This document shows, one piece after another, positions 52,601 to 64,000 of a stretch of 64,000 nt of DNA. The position numbers were made by a program, and so were the translations under genes. The notes below the pieces were generated by a model. The model was not told the DNA's origin and searched no databases. It was given only the letters and a program-made list of their open reading frames with translations. Within the stretch, counting starts at the first letter, position 1; every line of letters starts with the position of its first letter. The stretch comes from Saccostrea echinata (taxonomy: Eukaryota), in contig NW_026889758.1 in assembly GCF_033153115.1 (NCBI RefSeq), forward strand, positions 9,300,001 through 9,364,000, given 5' to 3'.

Positions 52601-55600
52601 AGGTCATACTCAAACTCTCAAACCTATAAATAGATATAGGATGCTATATCAGAATAAGGTCATACTCAAACTCTCAAATCTATAAATAGATATAAGATGC
52701 TATATCAGAATAAGGTCATACTCAAACTCTCAAACCTATAAATAGATATAGGATGCTATATCAGAATAAGGTCATACTCAAACTCTCAAACCTATAAATA
52801 GATATAAGATGATATGTCAGAATAAGGTTTAACTCAAACTCTCAAACCTATAAATAGATATAGGATGCTATGTCAGAATAAGGTCATACTCAAACTCTCA
52901 AACCTATAAATAGATATAGGATGCTATATCAGATTAAGGTCATACTCAAAATCTCAAACCTATAAATAGATATAGGATGCTATATCAGATTAAGGTCATA
53001 CTCAAACTCTCAAACCTATAAATAGATATAGGATGCTATGTCAGAATAAGGTCATACTCAAACTCTCAAACCTATAAATAGATATAGGATGCTATAGTCA
53101 TTAATTTAAATAGGACCCGAAATCTTAACAGCATATTCTATGTTTTTAAATATTCTAACTACAGTTATCTACATGTATATCATATTACAACAAATCAATA
53201 AAAGACTGGTGTATTTTTTCCACTGTTAGGCTTTGATACAAGCATATGACTATACGAGGGGTGATCAAAAAGTTCGCGAACTATCTCCATATTTACAAAA
53301 CCACAATTCAGATTAGAATGAAATTTGGCACACATATAGTCATACATATGTTCATTAAATAACATATGTTAAATAATGTTTTGCTCCGTGTTTATGACGT
53401 CACAATGTGAAAATGACATCAATATGTAGGTCACTTGTGACAAAAAATGGTTGACTCAGTCGTACTCGAGCAACGAACGGCTCTAAAGTTTAACGTATAT
53501 CTTGGAAATTCTTTTGCAGTAGAAGATGATAATTTGTACAAGGTTTATGAAGGCAAAAGACTTACCAGACATTTAATCATTAATTGGATGGATTGTTTTA
53601 GTGAAGGCAGGGAGATGGTTAAAAATGATGTTTGTTAAGTTGCCCAGCGAAAGCAAGCCGGGGAAAATATGTGTCCTTAGCTGAGCAATTTTTTATGAAA
53701 CATAGCCAAGTTACAATTAGAAAAATGGTTGAATATCTCAACAATACTATAATCGTTAAATCCCTAAAACATCGTTTACTTTAGACTTTAAACATATGAG
53801 ATATGAATGCACCCATACTTTATCCACATTGGATAAACAACGCTCCCGAGACAGAGAACTCGGGTTGTGATTGGTCTCCATACTAATTATGGGAAGGGAT
53901 ATCCTTATCCACCCATCCTATTGCCAAGATTTGGCCATTTCTGACAGATGGACTGTTCTTGTTATAAAAAATAACTTGCATAGTAAGAAATATAAGACTC
54001 GGAAAAATCTCTTAGCTTCTTTGAACAGACTGCTATGGAGCATGTCACGTGACTGCCTGGATCACGTGATTCGCGCATGGGCAGAACAATGGCAGATGTG
54101 CATTAAAATCAGAGAGGACTACTTTAAAAAATAATAAACACTGAAACCTCATTTTATGTCTTTTAAGGAAGTTATTCAATTAGTTCACGAACTTTTTGAT
54201 CACCCCTCGTATTAAGCAATGTACCTTCAAGTTGGCATAAACTTTTTGTTATGCCCATCGAACTGATAATTAAGTAATGCCATCCTGTGTATGATTGTAT
54301 GAATGAATTTTGTAGTTTTGGTATGAATTCTTTACTGGCAATGCCTTGCAATAATTTTATCATACTAAGCATTGTCTGTTCTTACATGAGGTTCTATACT
54401 GACAATGTCTTGTGATCTATTTATGTACTAAGCATTGTCTGTTCTAACTGGGGATTCTATACTGACAAAGTCTTGTGATCTGTGTTAGTACTAAGCAATG
54501 TCTGTTCTAACTGGGAATTCTATATTGACAGTGCCTTGTGATCTGTGTATGTACTCAGCATTGTCTGTTCTTACTGGGAATTCTATATTGACAGTGCCTT
54601 GTGATCTGTTTATTGTCTGATCTTACAGCAGATTCTAATTCTATACTGACTTGTGTTCTGTTCTTACCCAAATGGCCTTCCTGAGATTGCCACTCTCAAA
54701 CTGTGAATTAAAACGTAACGAGGCCGACCCACCAGCCTCAAGTCGACTTCCTATCCTGTTAAAGAAACAAATATTACCTAAATATATGTGATTGAACTTT
54801 TCTTTATGTTAATATATAATAAATAAACTACTAACTGGTGAAAGTAAAGCTATGCAGTGTTTAATTAATCATAGCTCAGCAAGTGGCACGTAGCCCTTCT
54901 CACAGTGTGAGCTCTAATGACAACACCTGGGCGAAGAGAAAATTTGGACTTTGCACATTGAATCCAAATGAAATTTTTTCCGCAGTTACCTTGAGACAGT
55001 TACTTCGTAACAGTTGTTGATCTTGTTGCTAACTTCGTTCTCGCGGTAACAACAACTAAAAATTAATGGATATGGCATACAGGTAGTAGATTAAACGTTC
55101 TTTGTTAAAATTTTGCACTTTTCAAACTTCATTTATGGAAACGCAGCTAACACATGACTTCATTTGATGTCACAGTCTAGAAGTTCCATATTTCTCATGC
55201 AGTTTGAAGAGGCAGATCTTAAAATTATGTAAACAACTGCAACTTCGCTCACCCAAATGGTAGCACCATCAACATATTACTAATATATATTCAACTTATC
55301 TTGGCTATGTACATGAATCTTGGCAGGTTACGAAATTTAAAATATTTCTATAGTTGTTCTCTGGTTTTTATATGTTGAATTAAGTACATTAATTAGGTTT
55401 CAGTGTGCGAGTGTTACCTCATCTGGTCCCTGTTACTGAGGTTAGCGTTAGATGGGGAGTAGGCACTAGAGGCTCGGGCGACCACAGTATCCACATCATA
55501 CACCACACGGTCTATAACATGCTCAGGGTGAATCATTCTGTCTATGTCCTCAAACACTTTCATTCTACAACAAAAACAATGTTTTCTGTTCTGACAAATT

Positions 55601-58600
55601 CCTTAATATTATTACAATTCAAAGAATATTGGAATAAATAATAATCTCTTTATTATTTAATTTATGATAAGTTTGAGTTGATGAGTTTATACTGACCTCT
55701 GAACTCCGAATTTTCTGTGATACAGTCCCTCCAGACTAGGTGGGGATTTCCCTCCCACTAAGTCTGGATATGCCAGCTTCTCAAATCTGAAGACACTCTT
55801 GGTGGCACCGGCCAGTTCCTGGAATACAATGGGATTGTGAAGGCACTGATCCATCTCCTCCTCATCACTGCTGTACCCCTCCCGATCAAGGTCAAACTCC
55901 TTACTGGATGAAGGAAATGGGGTGATACATAATGCGTTACAGAACTCAGTCTCTGCCTCATTCAACCTCACTCCCGTACTGGCAGTAGATGAGAGGGAAG
56001 AGGAACTCTTCTTCTTTTTGTCCTTTGTCATTTTCTTACTTCCTTTTTGCTTTCGAAGTGAGGAGGAGGAAGAACTATTTGATTTTTGCAGCAGTTGCTT
56101 AGGTTTGGCACTGGGCGGGGCTTTGACTGGTTGTGATAAGGGTCCATCCAATGAGAACACACTGGTTCCAGTTTTAAGGTTGATGGCAGTGGCAGAGTCA
56201 CATCTTGTAGCACCATAAGATTCGTAGTCTGGTGTGTCATAGTGTAAGGAGCTGTAGCCACTACTTTTAGAGCTGGAGTAACTGGAGGCTGTTGGCATTC
56301 TAAGAGTAGGTTGTCTGGGCTCCGGTTCAGATGGAACAGTTCCATAGGAATCTATGTTGCCCGTTGGGATGTAAATAGAAGCTGAGGGCTCGTCATCATC
56401 TTGGGGCTGAAATTTTGATTTTCTTTTTAAATCACAACATAGTTCACTAAACTGTGTAGGGCTGAATCTGACTTAAACAGATAATAAATGAAATACTGTA
56501 GTTTTGACTTTTTTAAAGAATCAGACTGACCTCAATTTCAAACAGTTCTGGGAAGAAATTGTCGTACATTCTTAGGTCCTCAGGAGTTCTCTTGTATGGC
56601 TCCGGTGCTTCACTGGCATCATCTTCAGCCTAGAGGTGGGACATTTATATAGTTAAAAGACAAACTGACAAACTTCTGGAATAATTTTTATCAAGATCTG
56701 TGACAAATGATCTAATTTACAGCATATTATCTGTGCTACTTGTACCTCTTCTGAATGGTCCTCTGTTTTAAACCTTTCATCATCGGAATCGATGTCGTCA
56801 TCCTCCTCTAACGAGCTGTTATCACTGTCTGGTGAGTTACCATTAAAACCATTGTCATTTATCCCATCTATAGATAATAAGACTAGGGATACAATCTATG
56901 CAAAATGGTAACACTATTTGTCACATCATTATAAAACTTTTTTTCACATAATATACTGTACAAAACTTTTTATTTAGAAAACTTTATTTCTTTGTAATTT
57001 TGCAAGTCTGTCTGCTCGCAAAAATTTCATTCCCATGTACATTTACCTAATAAAAGATTATTTACAACAATATCCAAACTTTGTGAAAATGTTGTCATGC
57101 TTATGATTACAAAATAAATGTCTAACTATCTTGTGAAAATAAGACGACACAAAAATTTGGAGATCTACTGTAATTGGTTTGTTATATTACTCAAACATGC
57201 AAGCCTACCTTGTCCTGTGGGATACAGGTCTGACTCGGGCAGCTCCTGGCGGAAGGGACTCTGCAGATTGTCCAGGGGCAGTTTATTTCTGGGACAGCAC
57301 TTTCTCATAATAACACTGGCCAGAAGAATCAAACTCTCCATCTCTCGACAATCAATCACCTCCAGTGCACTGTCATACAGAACCTGGATCCCATTAGCAT
57401 CAGCCAAAGCCTTCCTCCCAGAACCTAAAGAAGTAAGCATCAGAACCTACAGAAGTAAGCATCAGAACCTACAGAAGTAAGCATCAGAACCTACAGAAGT
57501 AAGCATGAATTCTCTCTAGGTTTTATTGTAAATTTTAGCTTTCATGTCAATATGGAGGGAAGGAATTACTACATGTGCAAACTTCTCAACAGAAATTCTA
57601 AGAAATTCTTTCAAGCTTATTCCCAACTTAAGACTGCTGACAACTAATATTAGTAACAACTCTCTATCTAGTATCAATCCATTTTTTTGCAATTACCTCA
57701 ATAAAACACTAATACAAACCCTACAATAATTAAATAAAACACTAATACAAACCCTACAATAATTACTTTACATTCTCAGACTCTCATAATTCATTTTGAA
57801 TTGTCATCTTTTTACACTGAATATATATTCATCAGCATGATGCAGCTTTTATCTATTTTCAACTGACACAGGCTTTTATAAAATCTCAAAGTTATGCAAA
57901 AAAGATGTTGCCTATTCAGAGTGAATTGAGATGCTTTTGCAATGGATTTTTTACTGAATGGTAATGATTTTTAGAAAGTGCACACATTACACGAGCCTTT
58001 CTTTAGACTCACTTTGCTTACCATGGCATTGTATCTGACAGGTTCTTTTTTATAAAAGCAATTTACACAGATATTCAACACACTTCCAAAATAATCTGAG
58101 TGACAAACAGAGGTGTAAACATATTTCAATGAGTGAATAATTATAACAAAAGCTAGTGCTCTGTGACTTACGCAGATTGGTGATATTTTTCAGGATGTTT
58201 AGAATAGCTTTCCTGAGACTGACATGTCTGTGTTTAGTGTCCAGCTGATGCCATTCATGGTACAGTGCCAATAGATGTGGGACGTGCTCCCCACCTATGG
58301 TTCTTGCTGCATTGTTCCCTGATAAAATATGTCTCTTTAACTTAACATTGTGAAGGTACTGAAGCTACACAATTTAACATATACAACCATTACACAATAC
58401 TGTTTACCAGGCAGTTGCAGTGAAGATTTGTGGACATTAATAAACATGCATAGCTTTTCTTAAAAGATGGTTTGCAGGAAAATAAATAACAAACATACAG
58501 TAGTAACATGTACTGTGAAACCATTAATAACTTTCATTTTTAAATAACAGACTGAATACAGTGAGACATGAGGGAGGTGTTTACTTGACTTAGTGAGGTT

Positions 58601-61600
58601 AGTCAGGATGTCCAGCGCCAGCTTCAGAATCGCCGTGTGTTTCCTCCCACACTGCTGGATCACACGGAACATCGGAGGGATTGAGTTCTGCTTACCCAAG
58701 TATGATGCATTCACACCTGTCAGAAATGCAGAATTATGTCATTCTTAAAAATAAAATCAACTATTATCAAAATTATTATTAAAATTTAAATTTTTACTAC
58801 ACTGTAATGAGTGAGATCTATATTTCATTAATCCTAGAAAATAACAAGCTTTACAAGCACATGTACCATATATAGGAGAGGTATAAAATCCGAACTTACT
58901 ATTGTTGGTGTAGGCTTTGAACACCTGTAGTAATGACTGAAGATTCTTAAAGTTGTACAGATTATTCTTGATCAAATTCAGGGTGATTAACAGGACCAAG
59001 TTTAGTCGTGCTTTGGTAGCAAATTTACGGTCTGAAATCATATTATTAGAGAATGAAAAGAAAAAAAAATCACTATAATATTTGTTCAAAATAACTCAAA
59101 TTTACTGACAAATAAATTGAGAAGAATTAAAGCTGGTAGTGCAAGTTCCAATATATTCACCTTTTTGGGAGAGTTTCCCCAGGATGTAGTGAGCCAACAT
59201 CATGGTTTCATCAGTGGACATTTGGTCCTCAGCCTCCCTGTACACCAGCTGGAATAAAATGTTGGTGGCATTGGCACTCACTAGCACACTGGCTCGTTTA
59301 CCAACCTCTGGGAAAACAACGACATGCCGTTAAAAACAGAAAGGCTGTATACAATCATTTGTTGTACACAGATGTAGCTTTGTGATACACAACTCATAAA
59401 AAATTGGTTTCATATACTGTACAGTACATGTAGCTTAATAATTAATGGTTTGCTTATGTATTACTTATTTCTTTTATTTTAATCCATGTTTTCCTCATTT
59501 ATCTGAAGTGTTTGATTTTTTTTTTTCACCATTCAAACATTCACCAGTAAAGTCACTGACCATTTCTTCCATATATGGATATATTTCTTTATTTACTTAC
59601 GAGTTTTCCCTACAATTTCTGCTAAAATCTGTATTGTGTTCAAAAGTACAGCTCTGTCACTCGTGTTCTATATAAAAAAAAAAACAAGATATATCTTATG
59701 TTCATTAACTGTCTGTATTTTCTATACAAGTTAGTTTTACCCAGGCTTGTTTACACAAAAGATTACAAGTAATCTAGCAGTGAATATACATTACTTTGAA
59801 GTAATCATTAAACAAACATAAAAGCCTGGAAAGAGATCCTTATATTTACCTTTAAAGTAGCCAGAATAAGATCAATCCATCCCGAGTTCTTAATGACTGT
59901 ATCTCTGTGAGCTTTGTCTGTAGGAAATTATTCCTCTCTTTAAATCAAGTGTTACAGAAACATGGCAATAAAGCATGTGTTCAGTCCACATTAAATTAGT
60001 GTCTGAAATATTTGTTAGTTCACACTCTACAAATCCATACAGGCTATTACATTATCAAAAACCATGCTCATGTTATTATGAAAACACATGAAATATATCA
60101 ACTTCAATCAAATGACTCAATGTGTTCTTTCAATTCAAAGGGATTAAAGCAATCCGCAAAAATGTCCAAAATATTATTATATTCACTGATGCATATAAGG
60201 TAATTCTTTTTTATATAAATGTAATTCTTCTGCATTTAATATTTGTCTGAAGTTTGTTTCAATTAATTAAGATGAAATGGTGTCACTTCTGTTGCCTTCA
60301 CTCATTATGTCTTCTATATTATACATACTGTTTATTAAATTTATCACTTTAATTTATCAAATGTTTACTTACATGCATCAAAATCTGTACTTACCAGTGC
60401 TCTGTAAGTTACCCGAGGCTAGAAAATAGATTTCTCTCTATTGTGGTTAACTTTTCAACCTTAACTTCACATTTTATTAATCCCTCATGAAAAAAAGGTA
60501 AAATTTTTAAAGGACAAAATGATTCCCTTTATCAAAGATTTGTTGTTCTTTCTCTAATTTGAATTTCCTTCATTTAATTCAAGAATGCTGATGTGGAATA
60601 AACATTGTCAAAACAAATGTGTGTGAAAAAAAATATAGTTTTAACTTTAAAATGTTGACTAGGTTTGTTTGCTTCAGAACAAATAAACCCCTAATTTTGT
60701 AGTAAATGCTATATAGCCCTTTTCACAAAAAATCTTAAATTACATTTCATCGTAAAAGAAAATATAGGATTTTGTTCCTTTTCTTAAAATTTCTTAAGAG
60801 ATTCCTATGTGTAAAATGTTTTGTTCTTTTACTACAGCTCCAACCATCTTGTACATGTAAGTACCGTATTTAGAATGGTGTTTTATGTAAATTAATAAAG
60901 ACCAAAATACATGTTCAATTTAAGATCTTGACTCACCCTACAGTATAACTTTATGTTACAGTTATTTAAAGAAAAATAATCAAATGGCATTTCTTACTAC
61001 CTTTTTTTTTTTTAATAACACCTGTGACCGTAATGTCAGATTTAAATACTTTTACTTTACCATGTGTTCACATTTATTGCACTCTATATATTTGTGGTCA
61101 ATTTCTGATCTGCTTACAATTTTTAAAAAACTTTGTTTATTTTCATTTGTCCACTTTTTTTAGGGATTATAAAGCATATGAGATCGTTGCTAGGCAAGAA
61201 GTTTCTTGTAAGTGTTAATTATTTTAAGATAAATCTTTTATGATTGGGTTAAAAAAAAAAAGCACTTTAGATTTTTTATAAGAAATTTTTATGTTAAAAA
61301 CTTATGCAAAAGCTTTAGAGTTTTTCATGAAATGGGCTACTGATGTGTTATTCTTGAAAACACAGAAGAACTGCACTTTTAAATGGAGGCAATCCTTAAC
61401 TTCCCTTATTTGAAAGGTACCTGTTGAATAATCCCTGGAGAAAATATACTAAATGTGTAAATGTGATGGCTACCTTGTGAGTTGAGGATCTGGTAGATCT
61501 TAGTGGTGACACATCTGATGGACTGTATATCCTACCTTGTGATCTGAGGTTCTGGTAGATCTTAGTGGTGACATATCTAATGGACTGTATATCCTACCTT

Positions 61601-63471
61601 GTGAGTTGAGAATCTGGTAGATCTTAGATGTGACATACCTAATGGACTGTATATCCTACCTTGTGAGTTGAGGATCTGGTACATGTAGATCTTAGTGGTG
61701 ACAAATCTACTGGACTGTATATCCTACCTTGTGAGTTGAGAATCTGGTAGATCTTACAGACCTGTTTACCCATATTGTTTTCTCTCAGTATTTTTTATTA
61801 GATTTGTCTGTGAGATTTGACATTTACCAGTAAGATTCCACTTTCATCCCATTTTACACATATTACTAGAGAACAACTACATTTCTGATTACCAAAACAT
61901 GGTTTAATAACAAAGAAAAATATTATACCTTGCTTTCTTTCGAGGGGTTTCTGTCATTTTTAAACCACCGCGTTTTGGCAATCTGACATCACTTAAGTGT
62001 TTGAAATCTCTCTTGTCAACGCTTGTTACACAAGACTCTTGGAAAAAATTGTAAAAGGATAAAGGTTGTATTAATAATCGTTTTTATTTCCTATTGAAAA
62101 AACATTATTTATTTTAATTTATTACACCTTAAAAGGATTTTTTACTTAAGAATTCTTACTCCGCAAAACAGTTCCCTAAAAACTTTGAAAATAAGTCGTT
62201 TTGAAGGATTATAGATTTAAAATAAATGATGAATTATCATCTTTATTGATAATTATAATAATTAATTACTTTTTAAATTTCAAAAGTTCAGCATTTAAAA
62301 TTTGTACAAGAATCTTGTACAACGAGCATTGACAGAGGTGTTGTGACCATAGCAGAAGACAACTCTGGATAGAGAATGAATGAGACAGATCATAACGAAA
62401 ACTAACTGCTAAAATCCAAATGAACGGATTTCCAATTTCCGTATTTTCATAGTAGCAAAACGTGAGACGTAATTTCGACTAAAAATCTGTACAAAATACG
62501 GCGAAATCATAAGAGTAAACAGGTCTGATCGTAGATGCGACATACCTAAATGACTGTATATCCTACCTTGTGAGTTGAGGATCTGTTAGATCTTAGATGT
62601 GACATATTATCTAATGGACTGTATATCCTACCTTGTGAGTTGAGGATTTGGTAGATCTTAGTGGTGACATATCTAATGGACTGTATATCCTACATAATGA
62701 GTTGAGGATCTGGTAGATCTTAGTGGTGACATATCTTATGGACTGTATATCCTACCTTGTGAGTTGAGGATCTGGTAGATCTTAGTGGTGACATATCTAA
62801 TGGACTGTATATCCAACATAATGAGTTGAGGATCTGGTAGATCTTAGTGGTGACATATCTTATGGACTGTATATCCTACCTTGTGAGTTGATGATCCGGT
62901 AGATCTTAGTGGTGACGTATCTAATGGACTGTATATCCTACCTTGTGAGTTGATGATCCGGTAGATCTTAGTGGTGACATATCTTATGGACTGTATATCC
63001 TACCTTGTGAGTTGATGATCCGGTAGATCTTAGTGGTGACGTATCTTATGGACTGTATATCCTACCTTGTGAGTTGAGGATTTGGTAGATCTTAGTGGTG
63101 ACATATCTAATGGACTGTATATCCTACCTTGTGAGTTGAGGATCTGGTAGATCTTAGTGGTGACATATCTTATGGACTGTAGGTCTTCTGTGCTTGTCTG
63201 ATTCCTTGCCTGCTTACCCCCAATCTTCTCCAGTTGTTGAAATAATGTCTGCAGTCGAGACCTAAACAAATTATACAAGTGTCAAGAATTTAATTATATC
63301 TAACTGTATCATGTGTATGGAGATATTTATTTTAATGTTAGAATAAAACCGAGGGGAAAAAAGTGGCATAGGATTTATGTACCTATTATGCAAAGGTTGT
63401 CTCATATGACATGACAAATTTTACATAAAACAAGTAGAAATATAGCCTACTTACCCTAAACTTCTGTCCAT
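46651..63471 (-). CDS. AGTPBP1: Cytosolic carboxypeptidase 1 (Nna1/CCP1, M14D tubulin deglutamylase), 23 coding exons, about 1234 aa
   Basis: Hand-spliced GT-AG exons with consistent phases: 63455-63471 (tentative first exon MDRSLG), 63128-63261, 59850-59917, 59601-59667, 59161-59307, 58900-59031, 58585-58716, 58172-58318, 57209-57424, 56746-56867, 56531-56629, 55697-56406, 55418-55564, 54668-54755, 52075-52231, 51409-51795, 49610-49681, 49387-49495, 49137-49266, 48835-48972, 48047-48226, 47630-47787, 46651-46798; total 3705 nt. Motifs [37 protein letters not shown] and SYTME, plus an armadillo-like N-terminus ([13 protein letters not shown]...RYVTTKI) typical of CCP1/CCP4. Confidence 0.93.
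47085..47560. repeat. Degenerate ~150 bp satellite-like repeat
   Basis: Recurring GTGA(C/T)CTTGAA..TTG and TGACA(C/T)AC motifs, about three units. Confidence 0.5.
49720..50743 (-). mobile_element. Helentron-associated non-autonomous element (HINE/DINE-1/pearl-like)
   Basis: Terminal inverted repeat ATGTTCCCCAAAC..GTTTGGGAACAT, (ATT)n microsatellite, ~150 bp CCAATCA core repeats, subterminal GTTTGGGGAACAT and end hairpin GTAACGG..CCGTTAC. Confidence 0.7.
51003..51446 (-). repeat. 55-bp minisatellite copying the exon 16 donor junction (about 8 units)
   Basis: Unit = last ~38 nt of the exon + GTAAGTATAACTGTCCT. Confidence 0.93.
52201..53096 (-). repeat. 56-bp minisatellite copying the exon 15 acceptor junction (about 16 units)
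   Basis: Unit = 25 nt of intron ending TTTATAG + first 31 nt of the exon. Confidence 0.95.
53255..54209 (+). mobile_element. Internally deleted mariner transposon relic
   Basis: TIR CGAGGGGTGATCAAAA(A)GTTC.CGAACTA-like, TA TSD; transposase remnants EQRTALKF and [12 protein letters not shown] (degenerate HPPYSPDLAPSD). Confidence 0.85.
54360..54667 (-). repeat. ~61-bp degenerate minisatellite starting at the exon 14 donor (about 5 units)
   Basis: Recurring GT(A/T)AGAACAGACA and (A/T)GTCA(G/A)TATAGAA motifs from the donor onward. Confidence 0.75.
57419..57506 (-). repeat. 22-bp repeat copying the exon 9 acceptor (4 units)
   Basis: (ATGCTTACTTCT(G/T)TAG|GTTCTG)x4. Confidence 0.92.
61470..63181 (-). 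repeat. 62-bp minisatellite copying the exon 2 donor junction (about 15 units), split by a MITE
   Basis: Unit = last ~53 nt of the exon + GTAGGATAT; 10 donors at 62566-63127 and 5 at 61473-61727. Confidence 0.93.
61757..62527. mobile_element. Unclassified MITE inserted in the minisatellite
   Basis: 13-bp TIR CAGACCTGTTTAC/GTAAACAGGTCTG; probable 6-bp TSD ATCTTA/ATCGTA. Confidence 0.75.
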
Positions 63472-63815
63472 TGTAGATGTGTGTCTTTATATGTACATTT
63501 AAGAGATTTTGTAGGGTATCATTTTCTTAACAAGTCCTATAATATAAGAGAGAAAATGAATCATTGTAACTTATTTCTAATTTTTTTTTAACTTTTTAAT
63601 ATTGTTTGCTTTTTTTCCAGGTGTAAGTTTGGCAGGTGCCCAAGGTACCACTAAAAAGTAAAATCATCATCTCTGTATAAAGACTGAGTGTAGAAAGTCT
63701 AGCAACACCCCCTTTTTCTGAATCGTTTCAAAAAACTTTTTTTTATGCAACATGAATTTATATTTTTTTCATTATTATAAATTCTAATTTAAATCTACCC
63801 TGAGAAAAAAATCAA

Positions 63816-63999
63816 TAGACCGTTTCACAGTAACTGCTGTACTGCTCTTTCGCAGGGCAAAATGATATAGTTTGGTGAAATATAACGTAAATGTATTAAA
63901 TATACATCATTTAATTATTTCTCAACAAAAACTTCGCCAAACATTATTTATTATTTTGCCCTGCAAAAGAGTAGTACCGCAGTTTCAGTGAAGGGGCTA
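63816..63999. mobile_element. Short MITE with ~48-bp imperfect TIRs and TAG..CTA ends
   Basis: TAGACCGTTTCAC...GCAGGGCAAAAT / ATTTTGCCCTGC...GTGAAGGGGCTA. Confidence 0.65.
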
Positions 64000-64000
64000 A

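Noticed and set aside
52201-53096. CRISPR-like regular array
   Set aside because: Head-to-tail units with no unique spacers, in a eukaryotic intron, with no cas genes.
57697-57765. 33-bp direct duplication in CCP1 intron 8
   Set aside because: Only two copies and not at a splice site; an ordinary slippage duplication, so not counted among the junction arrays.

Overview
AT-rich animal genomic DNA, most likely a bivalve mollusc (oyster-like; inferred from repeat types, not proven). There are two spliced genes, both on the minus strand: a complete 23-exon AGTPBP1/CCP1 cytosolic carboxypeptidase (46651-63471, about 1234 aa) and a secreted SRCR-domain gene (11363-24653, 3' end not found). The rest is dense with transposons: Penelope-like (Naiad-type) 3' fragments, a CR1-group LINE with a 2A-like motif, Tx1/L1 fragments, mariner, Kolobok, Helentron-type elements and MITEs. 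Main highlight: a tandem duplication at about 32.9-46.3 kb holds four small Pol III-type genes of two sequence types. They have the Y RNA Ro60-binding stem (GGUCCG with bulged C9 / UUGACU), a compensatory base-pair change, a TATA-like box near -30 and oligo-T terminators, so they look like a candidate molluscan Y RNA cluster. Second highlight: five unrelated minisatellites in CCP1 are each anchored on a splice site and multiply that donor or acceptor into the intron. All calls were made by eye; no database searches were run.
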